Positions 1 through 9,711 of a DNA stretch of 64,000 bases are shown here, one piece after another. The position numbers and the translations under genes are program-made. Source of the stretch: a virus. Taxonomy: Duplodnaviria > Caudoviricetes. Numbering within the stretch: the stretch's first letter is position 1; the number at the start of each line of letters is the position of its first letter. The stretch lies in IMG/VR virus record IMGVR_UViG_2721755758_000001, positions 1 through 64,000 of that record; one strand, given 5' to 3'. The notes beneath the pieces are model-generated. The model worked only from the letters and a program-made list of their open reading frames with translations. It did no database searches and was not told the DNA's origin.

Positions 1-1548
1 ATGGGTTCAACAAAATTCACGTTAACGCGAGAAGTAAGAAATGAAATTTCACAATATATAGACAATGAGTTTATGAATGAAATATTAAAAGAAGCCGTAA
101 AATATATACAGACCACAGGAAAAGTTGAAATAGATGATTCATCATTTAACCAATATGATGAAAATTCAAAAATTATCCTTAAAGATATAGGGACTTTTAA
201 TGTATATGACTATATGTATTTTAAAGATTTTCTTGATGAAGTATCATGGGAAGGTTCTTATGTTGAGAATGAAGAGGAAGTTCCTGGTTCTAATGATTAT
301 AGAAAGATTATCAAGTATGAGCCAAAGGATGTAGGTCATGTTATTTATGAAAAAGTAAAAAATAATATGGAACAGAAAAAAAGTCTTATTTATAAAGAAT
401 ATAAGAAAAAATATAATGAAGAATTTTTATTTGAAAGTGTACGTTTTTATAAAAGAACAAGAGATGGCAAAGAATATTATGAAATAAAAGCTGATGAATT
501 AAATCAAGATAAAAAAAGAAGCATTGTAGAAAGCATTAAAACTGAGTTTGCCAATGCATTTAAAAGTAGATGGGGAACTTCAATAATTTCAAAAATATCA
601 TTTGCTAATGATGAACTTATGCTTGATACATATGAGAAGGGATGTATTCTTCTAGGAATAGAAAATGAATACTTTACACAGTCAGTACATGAGAACTATA
701 GCAAAAGTGAAGAAGAACTTATAAGAATAATGACAAAGTCATGTAGAAATGTTATTTCTCATATGGATGGAATTCCGAAGCTTAAGATTAAAGTCATAAA
801 TGCTTTAGATAAAAGGATAGATAATCTTGTTAACATGAATATATATAAAACAGATAATCATATGAATTCATTTTTAGAAGATGCAAGAAAGCTTGTTTTT
901 GGATACTACAAAACAATGACAATAGGTAGAGGACGATATGGCTTAAAATCAAAAGAAAATAAAATTCTTGAAATAATAAAAAGAATGGCTGTTGTTGAAA
1001 ATGTGCTTTATTTAGATTATATAAGTGAAAATGAAAAAGCACCATCAATTGATGAAATGGAAGATTTTAAGGAATGTATTCCATGGATATGTTTTAAAGG
1101 GCCTTCATGGACAGCAGAAAATATATATATTAAAAAGAAAGCAAAAGATGAGCTTCAAGATATAATTCTTGATAATCCAATAAATGAATATGAAGATTCA
1201 AGATTGATGGAAAGACATTTTATTCTTCATGTTGGTGAAACAAATACAGGAAAAACATATTCAAGTATTTTAAGGCTTATGGAAGCTGAAAGTGGAGTTT
1301 ACCTTGCACCACTACGACTTCTTGCTCTTGAAATTCAGGATAAGCTAAATAGTGAAAATGTTTCATGTTCACTTCTTACAGGAGAAGAGGAAGATATTAT
1401 TCCTTATGGAACACATGTTTCTTCAACTATTGAAAAACTTCAAACAGGAACTTTTTATGATGTATGTGTAATAGATGAAGCTCAAATGATAAATGATAAT
1501 CAACGGGGCTGTGGTAGAGCTGCGAGAATACGAAGATTTACTATATAA
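1..1548 (+). pseudogene. Host SUV3-like SF2 helicase, 5' part, interrupted by the prophage
   Basis: Walker A HVGETNTGKT, YLAPLRLLALE, TGEE and motif II IDEAQM present. After QRG, where the family has WAW, it reads CGRAARIRRFTI* and the later helicase motifs are missing. The true start may lie upstream of the window. Confidence 0.85.
1490..1545. other. Probable attL junction, crossover at or just before 1511
   Basis: Helicase homology ends at caacggggctg (1501-1511), about 50 bp from the 3' end of the serine integrase gene. Confidence 0.7.
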
Positions 1549-1562
1549 TTCCATGTTAGTGG

Positions 1563-3188
1563 CTATTTTTTTTTACTTTCATTATTTTCTATATCTATAC
1601 TGTAAGATACTATCGCTTTAAAATTTTCTGAATCCCAAACAACTTTATCTATAATTTTGCTAAGGCATTCTCTTTTAAATTGAATAGAATCAATAATTTC
1701 TATATTTTTTGAAAAACTGCTTAAGTTATTAACAAAATATCGTATGTTTTCAATTATTGATTTATTTTCCTTTTCTTCATTCAGATTATCTTCAAGTTTT
1801 ATTTTTAGTTTTCTTATTTCTGTATCAGCATTATCTATTTGATCCATTAATATTCCAGTTACTCTTTCATTTGTAGAAACTGCTAATTTTTCAATCAGTG
1901 AATTCATGAATATTTCTTTTTCTTTTATCTGATCCTCAATGTTAGATTTGATATAATCATCTGAATTATTGTTAATATTATCTTTTATATAACTATCTAG
2001 TGATTTTGATAAAACTTCTTTTGAATATATTTTTATAGAATCAAGCACAGCATTGTCTACATAATCAACACGTATATTCTTACAAGTACATTTTTCTTCA
2101 CCACGTTTTTTCTTATTGGTACAAATATAATAAGTCTGCTTATATTGTCCTCCATTTGCTCGTGGTAACATATTTGCACCACATACTTTGCATTTTAATA
2201 GACCAGCAAGCAGAGATACATTATTTCCAGTTCCAAGTCGTTTGATTTTCTTATCTTTATTTTTATCTAGTAATTTTTGTACTTCTAACCATAATTGTGG
2301 CTCTATATATCCTTTATTTTTAGAGATAGCACATATCCACTCGGATTTATCTTTTTTCTTTCCATTTACATTGCTCTTATTGTATATCAGATATCCATTT
2401 CCATTAGGAGAACCACATACTTGCATTCCCATATCGCATAAGTAAGTATGCACTTTGTTATTAGACTTCACATAGACTGGATTCCTTAGTATATCTACTA
2501 AAACTGAAGTTTTATAATAAGAGTTATTTCTATTTTTTATTCCATTATCAAATAATATTTTTTCTAATCCAGTAACAGAACCACATTCTAAATATGTTTT
2601 ATATATTGTACTAACCAATTCTAATTCTTTTAAATTAGGTACAAGTACACTAGCTTCTTTTTCTCTCATTTCTTCATTCATATATTTAATTCTTTTTACA
2701 TTAAATCCTAAAGATGGCTTACCTCCAAGGAACATTCCACGTTTAGCCATTTGCATCATACTATCTTTAACTCTTTCCGCTATGCTTTCTCTTTCGAGTT
2801 GAGCAAATATAGAAGCTATATATATCATGGCTCTTCCTATAGGACTGCTAGTATCAAATTGTTCGGAAATAGATATAAAATCACAATTGTTTTTTTGTAA
2901 TAAATCAAGGACAGTGGAGAAATCTGCCACAGACCTTGAAATTCTATCTAGCTTATAGCAGATTAGTTTATCTATTTCTCCATTTTCTATTTTTTTAATC
3001 ATTCTTTTAAATTCGGGCCTATTTGTATTTTTTGCAGAAAATCCATCATCTTCGAATATTTCTATTTTTATTTCTTCATTATTAAAAAAATTTCTTTTTA
3101 TATACATATCACATAGTTCAATTTGATTTTGTACAGAATCTCCGGCTTCTTTAAAAACTGATTTTCTGCTGTATATAGCAATGTTCAT
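1563..3188 (-). CDS. Large serine recombinase (integrase)
   Basis: AIYSRKS catalytic motif, DDGFSAKNTNRPEF, YKLDRISRS, recombinase domain, zinc ribbon CKVCG...YYIC, coiled coil. Confidence 0.97.
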   Translation of the reverse strand: MNIAIYSRKSVFKEAGDSVQNQIELCDMYIKRNFFNNEEIKIEIFEDDGFSAKNTNRPEFKRMIKKIENGEIDKLICYKLDRISRSVADFSTVLDLLQKNNCDFISISEQFDTSSPIGRAMIYIASIFAQLERESIAERVKDSMMQMAKRGMFLGGKPSLGFNVKRIKYMNEEMREKEASVLVPNLKELELVSTIYKTYLECGSVTGLEKILFDNGIKNRNNSYYKTSVLVDILRNPVYVKSNNKVHTYLCDMGMQVCGSPNGNGYLIYNKSNVNGKKKDKSEWICAISKNKGYIEPQLWLEVQKLLDKNKDKKIKRLGTGNNVSLLAGLLKCKVCGANMLPRANGGQYKQTYYICTNKKKRGEEKCTCKNIRVDYVDNAVLDSIKIYSKEVLSKSLDSYIKDNINNNSDDYIKSNIEDQIKEKEIFMNSLIEKLAVSTNERVTGILMDQIDNADTEIRKLKIKLEDNLNEEKENKSIIENIRYFVNNLSSFSKNIEIIDSIQFKRECLSKIIDKVVWDSENFKAIVSYSIDIENNESKKK

Positions 3189-3197
3189 ATCTTCCTC

Positions 3198-3428
3198 CTA
3201 ATAATTACATTTTTCTAAATTTCTTTCTTTACATTCTTTTGTGCATTCTATAAGACATTTTGGACATACATCTAGTGCGCAAGCTATATTCATAATCATA
3301 AATGAATTTGGATACTTTGTCCCATGTTCTAACTCGCTTAAATATGAAGCACTTATGCCTATTTTTTCAGCCAAATCATGTTGAGTAATCTTTTTTTCTG
3401 TCCTTATTTCTTTAATTCGTAATTTCAA
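3198..3428 (-). CDS. XRE-family HTH protein with Cys-rich tail, upstream of and co-oriented with the integrase
   Basis: IKEIR..KKITQHDLAEKIGISASYLSELEHG; C-terminal VCPKCLIEC. Confidence 0.85.
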   Translation of the reverse strand: MKLRIKEIRTEKKITQHDLAEKIGISASYLSELEHGTKYPNSFMIMNIACALDVCPKCLIECTKECKERNLEKCNY

Positions 3429-3502
3429 TCATTTTTCCTCCTGTGTTTTATTTTCATTTTTCAATATAACATTACAATATACATAAAATATATACATTTT
3501 CT

Positions 3503-3518
3503 ATGGTAATTTTACCAT
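3503..3518. promoter_or_regulatory. Palindrome ATGGTAA-TT-TTACCAT, candidate operator
   Basis: Perfect 7-bp arms in the intergenic control region. Confidence 0.45.
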
Positions 3519-3552
3519 GAATTTCTCATATTTTTTAGTAAAATGTCGTAAA

Positions 3553-3569
3553 CTTCGCAAATAGCGAAG
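3553..3569. promoter_or_regulatory. Palindrome CTTCGC-N5-GCGAAG, candidate XRE operator
   Basis: GC-rich perfect arms in an AT-rich spacer; Spo0A-box-like TGTCGTA at 3544-3550 alongside. Confidence 0.55.
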
Positions 3570-3570
3570 G

Positions 3571-3608
3571 GAACAAATGTTTTATATTAGTAAGAAAAAT
3601 GTTATAAT
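3571..3608 (+). promoter_or_regulatory. LexA/DinR-type box overlapping the -35 region of an extended -10 promoter
   Basis: GAACAAATGTTT (GAAC-N4-GTTY) at 3571-3582; TGnTATAAT at 3600-3608. Confidence 0.7.
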
Positions 3609-3638
3609 TAACATATATTGTAAACGAAGGGGCGATTA

Positions 3639-3758
3639 ATGATGAAAACCAAAGTAAAACAAGCACTCGATTTAAGAAAATTAGTAGAATTAATAGGAAA
3701 ATACGATATAAAAAAAGAGGATATTAGTAAAATAATAGCGCTATATCTAGATATATAA
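3639..3758 (+). CDS. 39-aa peptide resembling the repressor C-terminus; putative antirepressor (not in ORF track)
   Basis: RBS AAGGGG; MMKTKVKQALDLRKLVELIGKYDIKKEDISKIIALYLDI; own promoter and terminator. Confidence 0.75.
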   Translation: MMKTKVKQALDLRKLVELIGKYDIKKEDISKIIALYLDI

Positions 3759-3761
3759 AAA

Positions 3762-3794
3762 AAGAAGAGTGAGAATACTTTTCTCGCTCTTCTT
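3762..3794. terminator. Terminator hairpin between the convergent peptide and repressor genes
   Basis: aagaagagtgagaa-tactt-ttctcgctcttctt, A-tract on the left. Confidence 0.8.
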
Positions 3795-4116
3795 ACTCCA
3801 TTATTTTATACATCTGTATAACTTTTTCTAATTTTTCTATACTAATATCTTCTTTCTTAATTCCATTTTTCTCAAATGCATCTATTAATTCTGTTACAAC
3901 TAAATTAGAATCTTCTCCATTAATAAGATAGTCTGTTGAACAATTTAAAGCGGATGCTATTTTTGTTATTCCATCTAAAGACGGCTTACATCTTCCACTT
4001 TCTATTTGACTCATAGTAGTTTTTTTAAGTCCTATCAACTCTGCTAATTTTTGCTGCTCTATACCAAGAGATAACCTTTTCTTTTTAATTCTTTCCCCTA
4101 TGTTCATTTCATTCAC
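3793..4116 (-). CDS. Prophage repressor (XRE HTH, no S24 peptidase domain)
   Basis: IGERIKKKR...QQKLAELIGLKKTTMSQIESG; 107 aa; divergent from a cro-like gene. Confidence 0.88.
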   Translation of the reverse strand: MNEMNIGERIKKKRLSLGIEQQKLAELIGLKKTTMSQIESGRCKPSLDGITKIASALNCSTDYLINGEDSNLVVTELIDAFEKNGIKKEDISIEKLEKVIQMYKIME

Positions 4117-4272
4117 TCCTATATATTAATATTATTATAATACTATTTTAGATTCAATGTTACTAATTAGTAACTTTAGTATCTTTTACTTTATTATATA
4201 TTAATTCATAATTTTTGTTACAGTTTTAAGAAAAATTTTTATAATTTTTATAAAAAATTTTATAAAAAAGCA

Positions 4273-4301
4273 TTGACAGTTTTGTGTTACAAAACTATAA
4301 T
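4273..4301 (+). promoter_or_regulatory. Early lytic promoter whose 17-bp spacer is the operator
   Basis: TTGACA-GTTTTGTGTTACAAAAC-TATAAT. Confidence 0.92.
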
Positions 4302-4347
4302 TATATTTGTAAACAGGAGATAAGAAAATAAATAGGGAGGTTTTAAG

Positions 4348-4548
4348 GTGGGAAGTAGATTAAGAGCGTTAAGAACTTTAAAAAATGTTCCAGCTAAAGA
4401 AATAGCTGAAACTTTAAACATAACAATAGATAGTTACTATCTAAAGGAACGAGGAAAAAATAGATTTGCATTAGATGAAGCTAAGAAAATAGCTGATATA
4501 TTAGAAATGAGTATAGAAGAAGTGTTTTATAGCACTTCTAATATTTAA
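4348..4548 (+). CDS. Cro-like XRE regulator
   Basis: 66-aa HTH, first gene after the early promoter; RBS GGAGG. Confidence 0.88.
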   Translation: MGSRLRALRTLKNVPAKEIAETLNITIDSYYLKERGKNRFALDEAKKIADILEMSIEEVFYSTSNI

Positions 4549-4555
4549 CATTTTG

Positions 4556-4572
4556 GTTTTGTAATACAAAAC
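4556..4572. promoter_or_regulatory. Operator copy
   Basis: GTTTTGTAATACAAAAC directly before an AGGAGG RBS. Confidence 0.85.
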
Positions 4573-4585
4573 TAGGAGGTAAATA

Positions 4586-4729
4586 ATGAAAAAAAGGATT
4601 ACAGTTGAGGTTGTTGGAACAGTTCCTAAAAGCATTATATGTAATTTTTATAACACGCTTTTCAGGACTATTGATGAAAAATACGGAAGAGAATTTTTAT
4701 TGCAATTAAAAGAAGAACTAAGCAAGTGA
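4586..4729 (+). CDS. Hypothetical protein, 47 aa (not in ORF track)
   Basis: RBS AGGAGG; MKKRITVEVVGTVPKS... Confidence 0.65.
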   Translation: MKKRITVEVVGTVPKSIICNFYNTLFRTIDEKYGREFLLQLKEELSK

Positions 4730-4787
4730 TGTAAAAGTGATTTTCAAAAGCTAATAATTTAATAGGTTTTTGAAAGGAAGTTTTTAA

Positions 4788-4970
4788 ATGACAATAAAAT
4801 GTTGCAGGTGCAAATTAGAGTGGAATGTTTCTCAAATAGCTTATAAAAGTAATTCAAAACGTTATGTTTGTCCAGATTGTGAAAGAAAGTTATTAAAGAT
4901 TAGCAATAAAGAGACATTTAGATCAGTTCTATTAAGCAATAAGAAAAGGTGGGGAAATAGAATTGGCTAA
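4788..4970 (+). CDS. Small zinc-finger protein
   Basis: CCRC...WNVS...YVCPDC. Confidence 0.65.
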   Translation: MTIKCCRCKLEWNVSQIAYKSNSKRYVCPDCERKLLKISNKETFRSVLLSNKKRWGNRIG

Positions 4971-5148
4971 TATATATGATTTTAAGAATTATAAAAGAGA
5001 AAAATGCAGTATTTGTGGAGAAAAGCATATATGTATTGACATTTTTAATAATAGTGTATGCAATTACTGTTATAAGGAACTAGGAAAGTATAGGAACATG
5101 GTTAATAACATTTATAGACAAGAATATAGAAAAGTAAAAGGAGAATAA
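4963..5148 (+). CDS. Small zinc-finger protein
   Basis: CSICG...VCNYC; TTG start. Confidence 0.6.
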   Translation: MANIYDFKNYKREKCSICGEKHICIDIFNNSVCNYCYKELGKYRNMVNNIYRQEYRKVKGE

Positions 5149-5150
5149 GT

Positions 5151-5318
5151 ATGGCTATAAAAATAAGTGATATAGATCAAGAGTTAATTGATTTAAAAAC
5201 TGAATTAGAAAACGGAAATATATCTGCTGCTTTAAGCTTTTTAAATAGTTTTCAAGAAGATTGGAATTCATTAAAAGATATTTTAGATGCTTTTTGCAGA
5301 TGTGATATTAAATTTTAA
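5151..5318 (+). CDS. Hypothetical protein, 55 aa (not in ORF track)
   Basis: RBS AGGAG; fills the gap in the operon. Confidence 0.6.
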   Translation: MAIKISDIDQELIDLKTELENGNISAALSFLNSFQEDWNSLKDILDAFCRCDIKF

Positions 5319-5330
5319 GGGGGAAAATTT

Positions 5331-7610
5331 ATGATTAAATTAAAAAAACTTATCTTAGAGAATTTTAAAGGTATAAAGGAATTAAAAATTGGTTTTAGTA
5401 ATGTAACAAATATATTCGGAGATAACGGAGCAGGTAAAACTACAATATTTGATGCTTTTACATGGCTTATGTTTGGTAAAGATAGCACAGATAAAAAAGA
5501 CTTTAGTGTTCAGACACTAGATGAAAGCAGTAATATTTTGCATCATTTAGAGCACCGAGTAACTGGAATATTAGAAATAAATGGTGTAGAAAAAACTTTT
5601 TCAAGAATGTTAAAAGAAAAGTGGCAAAAAACTAAAGGGGAAGCAGAACAAACTCTTAGAGGAACAACTACTGCCTATGAAATAGATGGAGTACCAGTTA
5701 AACAAAAAGAATATCAATCAACTATTTCAGAAGCAATTGATGAAGATCTATTTAAAATGATAAGTAATCCTTTTTATTTCAATCAATTGCATTGGGAGAA
5801 GCAAAGAGAAATATTGATGCAGATAATAGGAGATGTTGATGCTGATACAGTAATTAATTATAATTCCAAACTAGGAAAATTAAAATCTTTACTTAAAAAT
5901 GATGATATTGATACTTTCAATAAAAAGACCAAAGCGAGTATTTCTAAATTAAAAGAGAAGGTTAAAGACATTCCAGCACGTATAGATGAATGCAACAACT
6001 CAATCTTACAAGTTGATTTCAACGCCTTAGAAGTAGAAAAACACTGTTTAAAAGATAAGATATCTGATATTGATGAAAATATAACAGATTTAAGTAATGT
6101 TAATAAAGAAAAAATTAAAATGCAAGATAAATTGTTCAGTTTTAAAAATGAATTTAACAAAAAGCAGAATGAAGCTTTTAAAAATTCTAATAAACCTATA
6201 GAAGAATTACAATCTAAAATAAATGAATCTAAAAGAAATCTTTCTTCTTTAGAGTGGGATATTAAAAAGAAAAAAGATAGTGTCGAAAGAATATTTCAAA
6301 TTATAGAACATTTCAAAAAAGATATTGAAACTAAAAAAGCTTTTAAAGATGAATTACTAGAAAAATATCAAAAAGTTATACATGAAGAATTTACTTTCGA
6401 TGAAACTGAATCTGTATGTCCTTGTTGTGGAAGAGAATATCCAAAAGATAAAATCGAAGAAATCAAAGCTGATGCCGAAAAAAGATTTATAAAAAATCAA
6501 AAAACAAAAGTGAATTGTCTTTTAGATCCAGGTAAAAAAGCTAAAAGTGAGATAGAAGAAATGCAATCAACACTTGAAAAAAGAGAATCTGAATTTGATG
6601 ATTTAAATACAGAAATATTATCTTTAGAAGAAAGCTATAAACTTTCAATCGAGAAGGTAAAAGAATTAGAATGCGAATTACAAAAAGTAGATTGCAAAGA
6701 GCCTGTATTTGAAGGGCAGAATGAATTAGAAGCACAAATAGAAAACTTAGAAAATAAAATATATAACTTTAAATCTGCTGATAATTCAGAACTAAAATCG
6801 CAAAAGAAAGAATTGCAAGAACAATATGAAGAAGTTATAAGAAAATTAAGCAAACAGGATAACAATAATGAATTAAAAGCTAGAATAAAGGAATTAGAGC
6901 AAGAGGAAAAAGATTTAAATATTAAGATTGCAGAGTTAGAAGGGTATCAATTTTTAGCAGAAGAGTTTATAAGAACTAAAGTAGAGTTATTAGAAGCTAA
7001 AATTAATGATAAATTTAATGGTAAAGTATCGTTCAAATTGTTCAAAAATCAAGTAAATGGGGGATTAGAGCAATGTTGCACTGCATTAATAAACGGTGTT
7101 CCTTTCAACGATGCAAATAATGCAGCTAAAATAAATGCAGGATTATCTATAATAAATGTTTTATGTGAGCACTATGGAACATCAGCAGTTATTTTCATTG
7201 ATAATGCTGAAAGCGTAAATGAACTTGAAAATACTGATAGTCAGATTGTTAGATTAGTTGTTAGTAAAGATGATCAACTTGTAATAAGTTCTAGTAATGT
7301 TCAAAATAATCCTAGTAAAGAAGACGAAGAATACTTAGAATCTAAACTAGCTGAAATAAGAGGAGAAGCTGGAGACTATGCAAGTGGATATATTGTTGAG
7401 GACTTATTCCCAGAAGCGGAAAAGATAGATAAAGAAATAAAAGAAGCTAACAGATGGAGCATTCCAACTACATTAATTTATAAATACAAAAGCTTATATT
7501 TTGCAGTTGATTGGGATGAACCTGCTACAGAAATGCAGGACGGGCAAGACACTAATTTAGAAATTAGAAGAGTTTATCCAAAAGAAATTAGAAGAACTAT
7601 ATATAGATAA
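5331..7610 (+). CDS. SbcC/Rad50-like ATPase with C-terminal extension
   Basis: ENFKG, GDNGAGKTT, coiled coil with CPCC hook, IFIDNAES. Confidence 0.9.
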   Translation: MIKLKKLILENFKGIKELKIGFSNVTNIFGDNGAGKTTIFDAFTWLMFGKDSTDKKDFSVQTLDESSNILHHLEHRVTGILEINGVEKTFSRMLKEKWQKTKGEAEQTLRGTTTAYEIDGVPVKQKEYQSTISEAIDEDLFKMISNPFYFNQLHWEKQREILMQIIGDVDADTVINYNSKLGKLKSLLKNDDIDTFNKKTKASISKLKEKVKDIPARIDECNNSILQVDFNALEVEKHCLKDKISDIDENITDLSNVNKEKIKMQDKLFSFKNEFNKKQNEAFKNSNKPIEELQSKINESKRNLSSLEWDIKKKKDSVERIFQIIEHFKKDIETKKAFKDELLEKYQKVIHEEFTFDETESVCPCCGREYPKDKIEEIKADAEKRFIKNQKTKVNCLLDPGKKAKSEIEEMQSTLEKRESEFDDLNTEILSLEESYKLSIEKVKELECELQKVDCKEPVFEGQNELEAQIENLENKIYNFKSADNSELKSQKKELQEQYEEVIRKLSKQDNNNELKARIKELEQEEKDLNIKIAELEGYQFLAEEFIRTKVELLEAKINDKFNGKVSFKLFKNQVNGGLEQCCTALINGVPFNDANNAAKINAGLSIINVLCEHYGTSAVIFIDNAESVNELENTDSQIVRLVVSKDDQLVISSSNVQNNPSKEDEEYLESKLAEIRGEAGDYASGYIVEDLFPEAEKIDKEIKEANRWSIPTTLIYKYKSLYFAVDWDEPATEMQDGQDTNLEIRRVYPKEIRRTIYR

Positions 7611-7639
7611 TAATTTAAAAATATTGAGGAGGATTAATC

Positions 7640-8371
7640 ATGGAAAATAAAAATGAAATAATTAATAAAGAGCAAGGAACAGATATAACTAACAATCTAG
7701 ATACATTTGGTAGTATACAAGGATTTGAAAACACTTGCAGAATGGCGAAAGCACTTTCTTCAAGCACAATAGTTCCAAAGGAATATCAAGGTAATATAGG
7801 AAATTGTTTAATAGCTTTAGACGTGGCACATAGAGTAGATTTAAGTCCTATAATGGTTATGCAAAACTTATATGTAGTCAACGGTAGACCTGCATGGGGA
7901 AGTCAGAGTATAGCAGCACTAATAAATACAAGTAAGAAATATGCTAAACCACTTCAATACAAAATGGAGGGCAGTGGAGATAATCTATCATGTTATGCTT
8001 ATACTTTCGACCAAGAGGGAAACGAAATAATAGGTCCTACTATTACAATGAAAATGGCTAAAGATGAAGGTTGGACTAATAAGAGTGGTTCTAAGTGGAA
8101 TACTATGCCAGAAATAATGATAAGATATAGAGCAACAGCATTTTTTGGAAGATTACATTGTTCTGAATTGCTATTAGGAATATATTCAGCTGATGAAACA
8201 CTAGATATGGAACCAGCAACAGTAATAGAAATTACTCACGAAGAAGTCAAGAAAGAAATCAATCAAAATGCAAATCAAGAAATTTTAGATATTCCAGTTG
8301 AGGAAATCCAAGCTGAAGAAGTAAAAAACGGTGCTTCAAAGCAAACTACTTTTGAGGAACAACCATTTTGA
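7640..8371 (+). CDS. RecT-like single-strand annealing protein
   Basis: IVPKEYQG..GNCLIA, QNLYVVNGRP, KWNTMPEIMIRYRA; acidic PF tail. Confidence 0.8.
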   Translation: MENKNEIINKEQGTDITNNLDTFGSIQGFENTCRMAKALSSSTIVPKEYQGNIGNCLIALDVAHRVDLSPIMVMQNLYVVNGRPAWGSQSIAALINTSKKYAKPLQYKMEGSGDNLSCYAYTFDQEGNEIIGPTITMKMAKDEGWTNKSGSKWNTMPEIMIRYRATAFFGRLHCSELLLGIYSADETLDMEPATVIEITHEEVKKEINQNANQEILDIPVEEIQAEEVKNGASKQTTFEEQPF

Positions 8372-9060
8372 TAAAAGTATTAGCAACAGGAAGTTCGGGT
8401 AATTCATATATAGTATCAGCAAGAGGAGAAAATCTTCTTGTTGAACTAGGTATTAATTTCAAAGAAATAAAAAAAGACTTGGATTTCAACTTATCTAATG
8501 TTGTAGGCGCTTTGGTTACTCATGAACACAAAGATCATTGTAAGGGTGTAAAAGAAGCATTGAACAATGGAATTGATGTGTATATGTCAGCTGGAACAAA
8601 AGAGGGAATAGGTATTGAACATCATAGGATTCATATAGTTAAATCAAAAGAAACATTTAAAATAGGTAATTTTACAATATTAGCTTTTAATTCTCAGCAT
8701 GATGTAAATGAGCCTTTAGGATTTCTTATATATCATCCATCAATAGGTAAAATATTATTTGCTACAGATACTTATTATTTAGAATATAAATTTAATGATT
8801 GTGACTATATAATGATTGAATGTAATTATGATGAAGATATTTTGCATCAGCTTCCTTCCTGGAGGGCACGAACAATTAAAAGCCATATGAGTATGCAAAC
8901 TTGTATTGAAACTCTTAAAACATGGAATTTAAGCAAATGCAAAAATATATTATTAATACATTTAAGCAATGATAATGGTGATCCGGTTAAATTTCAGAAA
9001 GAAATTCAAGAACATACTGGCATAGAAACCACTATAGCAAAGAAGGGTGTTGTTATATGA
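8368..9060 (+). CDS. Metallo-beta-lactamase-fold hydrolase/nuclease
   Basis: TGSSGN, THEHKDH, ATDT, HLS. Confidence 0.9.
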   Translation: MIKVLATGSSGNSYIVSARGENLLVELGINFKEIKKDLDFNLSNVVGALVTHEHKDHCKGVKEALNNGIDVYMSAGTKEGIGIEHHRIHIVKSKETFKIGNFTILAFNSQHDVNEPLGFLIYHPSIGKILFATDTYYLEYKFNDCDYIMIECNYDEDILHQLPSWRARTIKSHMSMQTCIETLKTWNLSKCKNILLIHLSNDNGDPVKFQKEIQEHTGIETTIAKKGVVI

Positions 9061-9224
9061 AATATATTGATAAAGAAAAGTCTAACTATATTGAAAATAA
9101 TGGAGACATATTAGCTTGCAAATATTATCATAGTTTTGCTTATCCTAATGGAATTGAATCAATTGGTGATTGTGGTTCTGAAAAAGTAAATAATAAAAAT
9201 TGGGATGTGGAATGTATACCATAA
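9057..9224 (+). CDS. Hypothetical protein, possibly a frameshifted remnant
   Basis: ATGA overlap with the upstream stop; short overlapping frame follows. Confidence 0.4.
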   Translation: MKYIDKEKSNYIENNGDILACKYYHSFAYPNGIESIGDCGSEKVNNKNWDVECIP

Positions 9225-9367
9225 CTAAAGTAATTACAAATATAAAAGCTAAAAGAATAGAAATAGATGGTCAATGCAGTATGTTCTAATTAATAATAAT
9301 ATTGGTATCACTATTATGTTCTATATGCTTTCATAAAATAAATAAAAAGGTTAAATAATATTTTTGA

Positions 9368-9415
9368 GTTTTGTCTTGCAAAACTATTGACTTTTTAGTT
9401 TTGTAGGACTAAACT
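9368..9415 (+). promoter_or_regulatory. Double-operator promoter
   Basis: Operators at 9368-9384 and 9398-9414 around TTGACT-N17-TAAACT. Confidence 0.85.
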
Positions 9416-9465
9416 ATAAACATAAGGTCGATATTAAAATAAATCGTAGCATAGAGGTGAACAAT

Positions 9466-9630
9466 ATGATAAGAACAGTAACATCTGCTGGAGGATCTCC
9501 GGCCCTAATAATACCACAAGGTTTTAGAGAAACATTAAATATTAAGTTGGGAGATAAAGTTGACGTTTCTTTAAGTTTAGATGGTAAAATTGAAATTAAA
9601 CCAATTAATAACGAGTATGGAAACAAATAA
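9466..9630 (+). CDS. AbrB/MazE/SpoVT-family DNA-binding protein, 54 aa (not in ORF track)
   Basis: RBS GAGGTG; MIRTVTSAGGSPALIIPQGFRETLNIKLGDKVDVSLSLDGKIEIKP. Confidence 0.85.
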   Translation: MIRTVTSAGGSPALIIPQGFRETLNIKLGDKVDVSLSLDGKIEIKPINNEYGNK

Positions 9631-9711
9631 ATAACACTAATAGTTAAAAGTTCAAAGGAAATTATTGGAATATATATGGATGGAGATATTAAATAAAGAA
9701 AGGGACTGCTA

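Noticed and set aside
6281-6287. Spo0A box TGTCGAA
   Set aside because: Deep inside a coding region with no promoter context; expected by chance
9466-9630. AbrB-like genes as MazE antitoxins of TA pairs
   Set aside because: Downstream genes are a replication initiator and a BRO-like protein, not toxins
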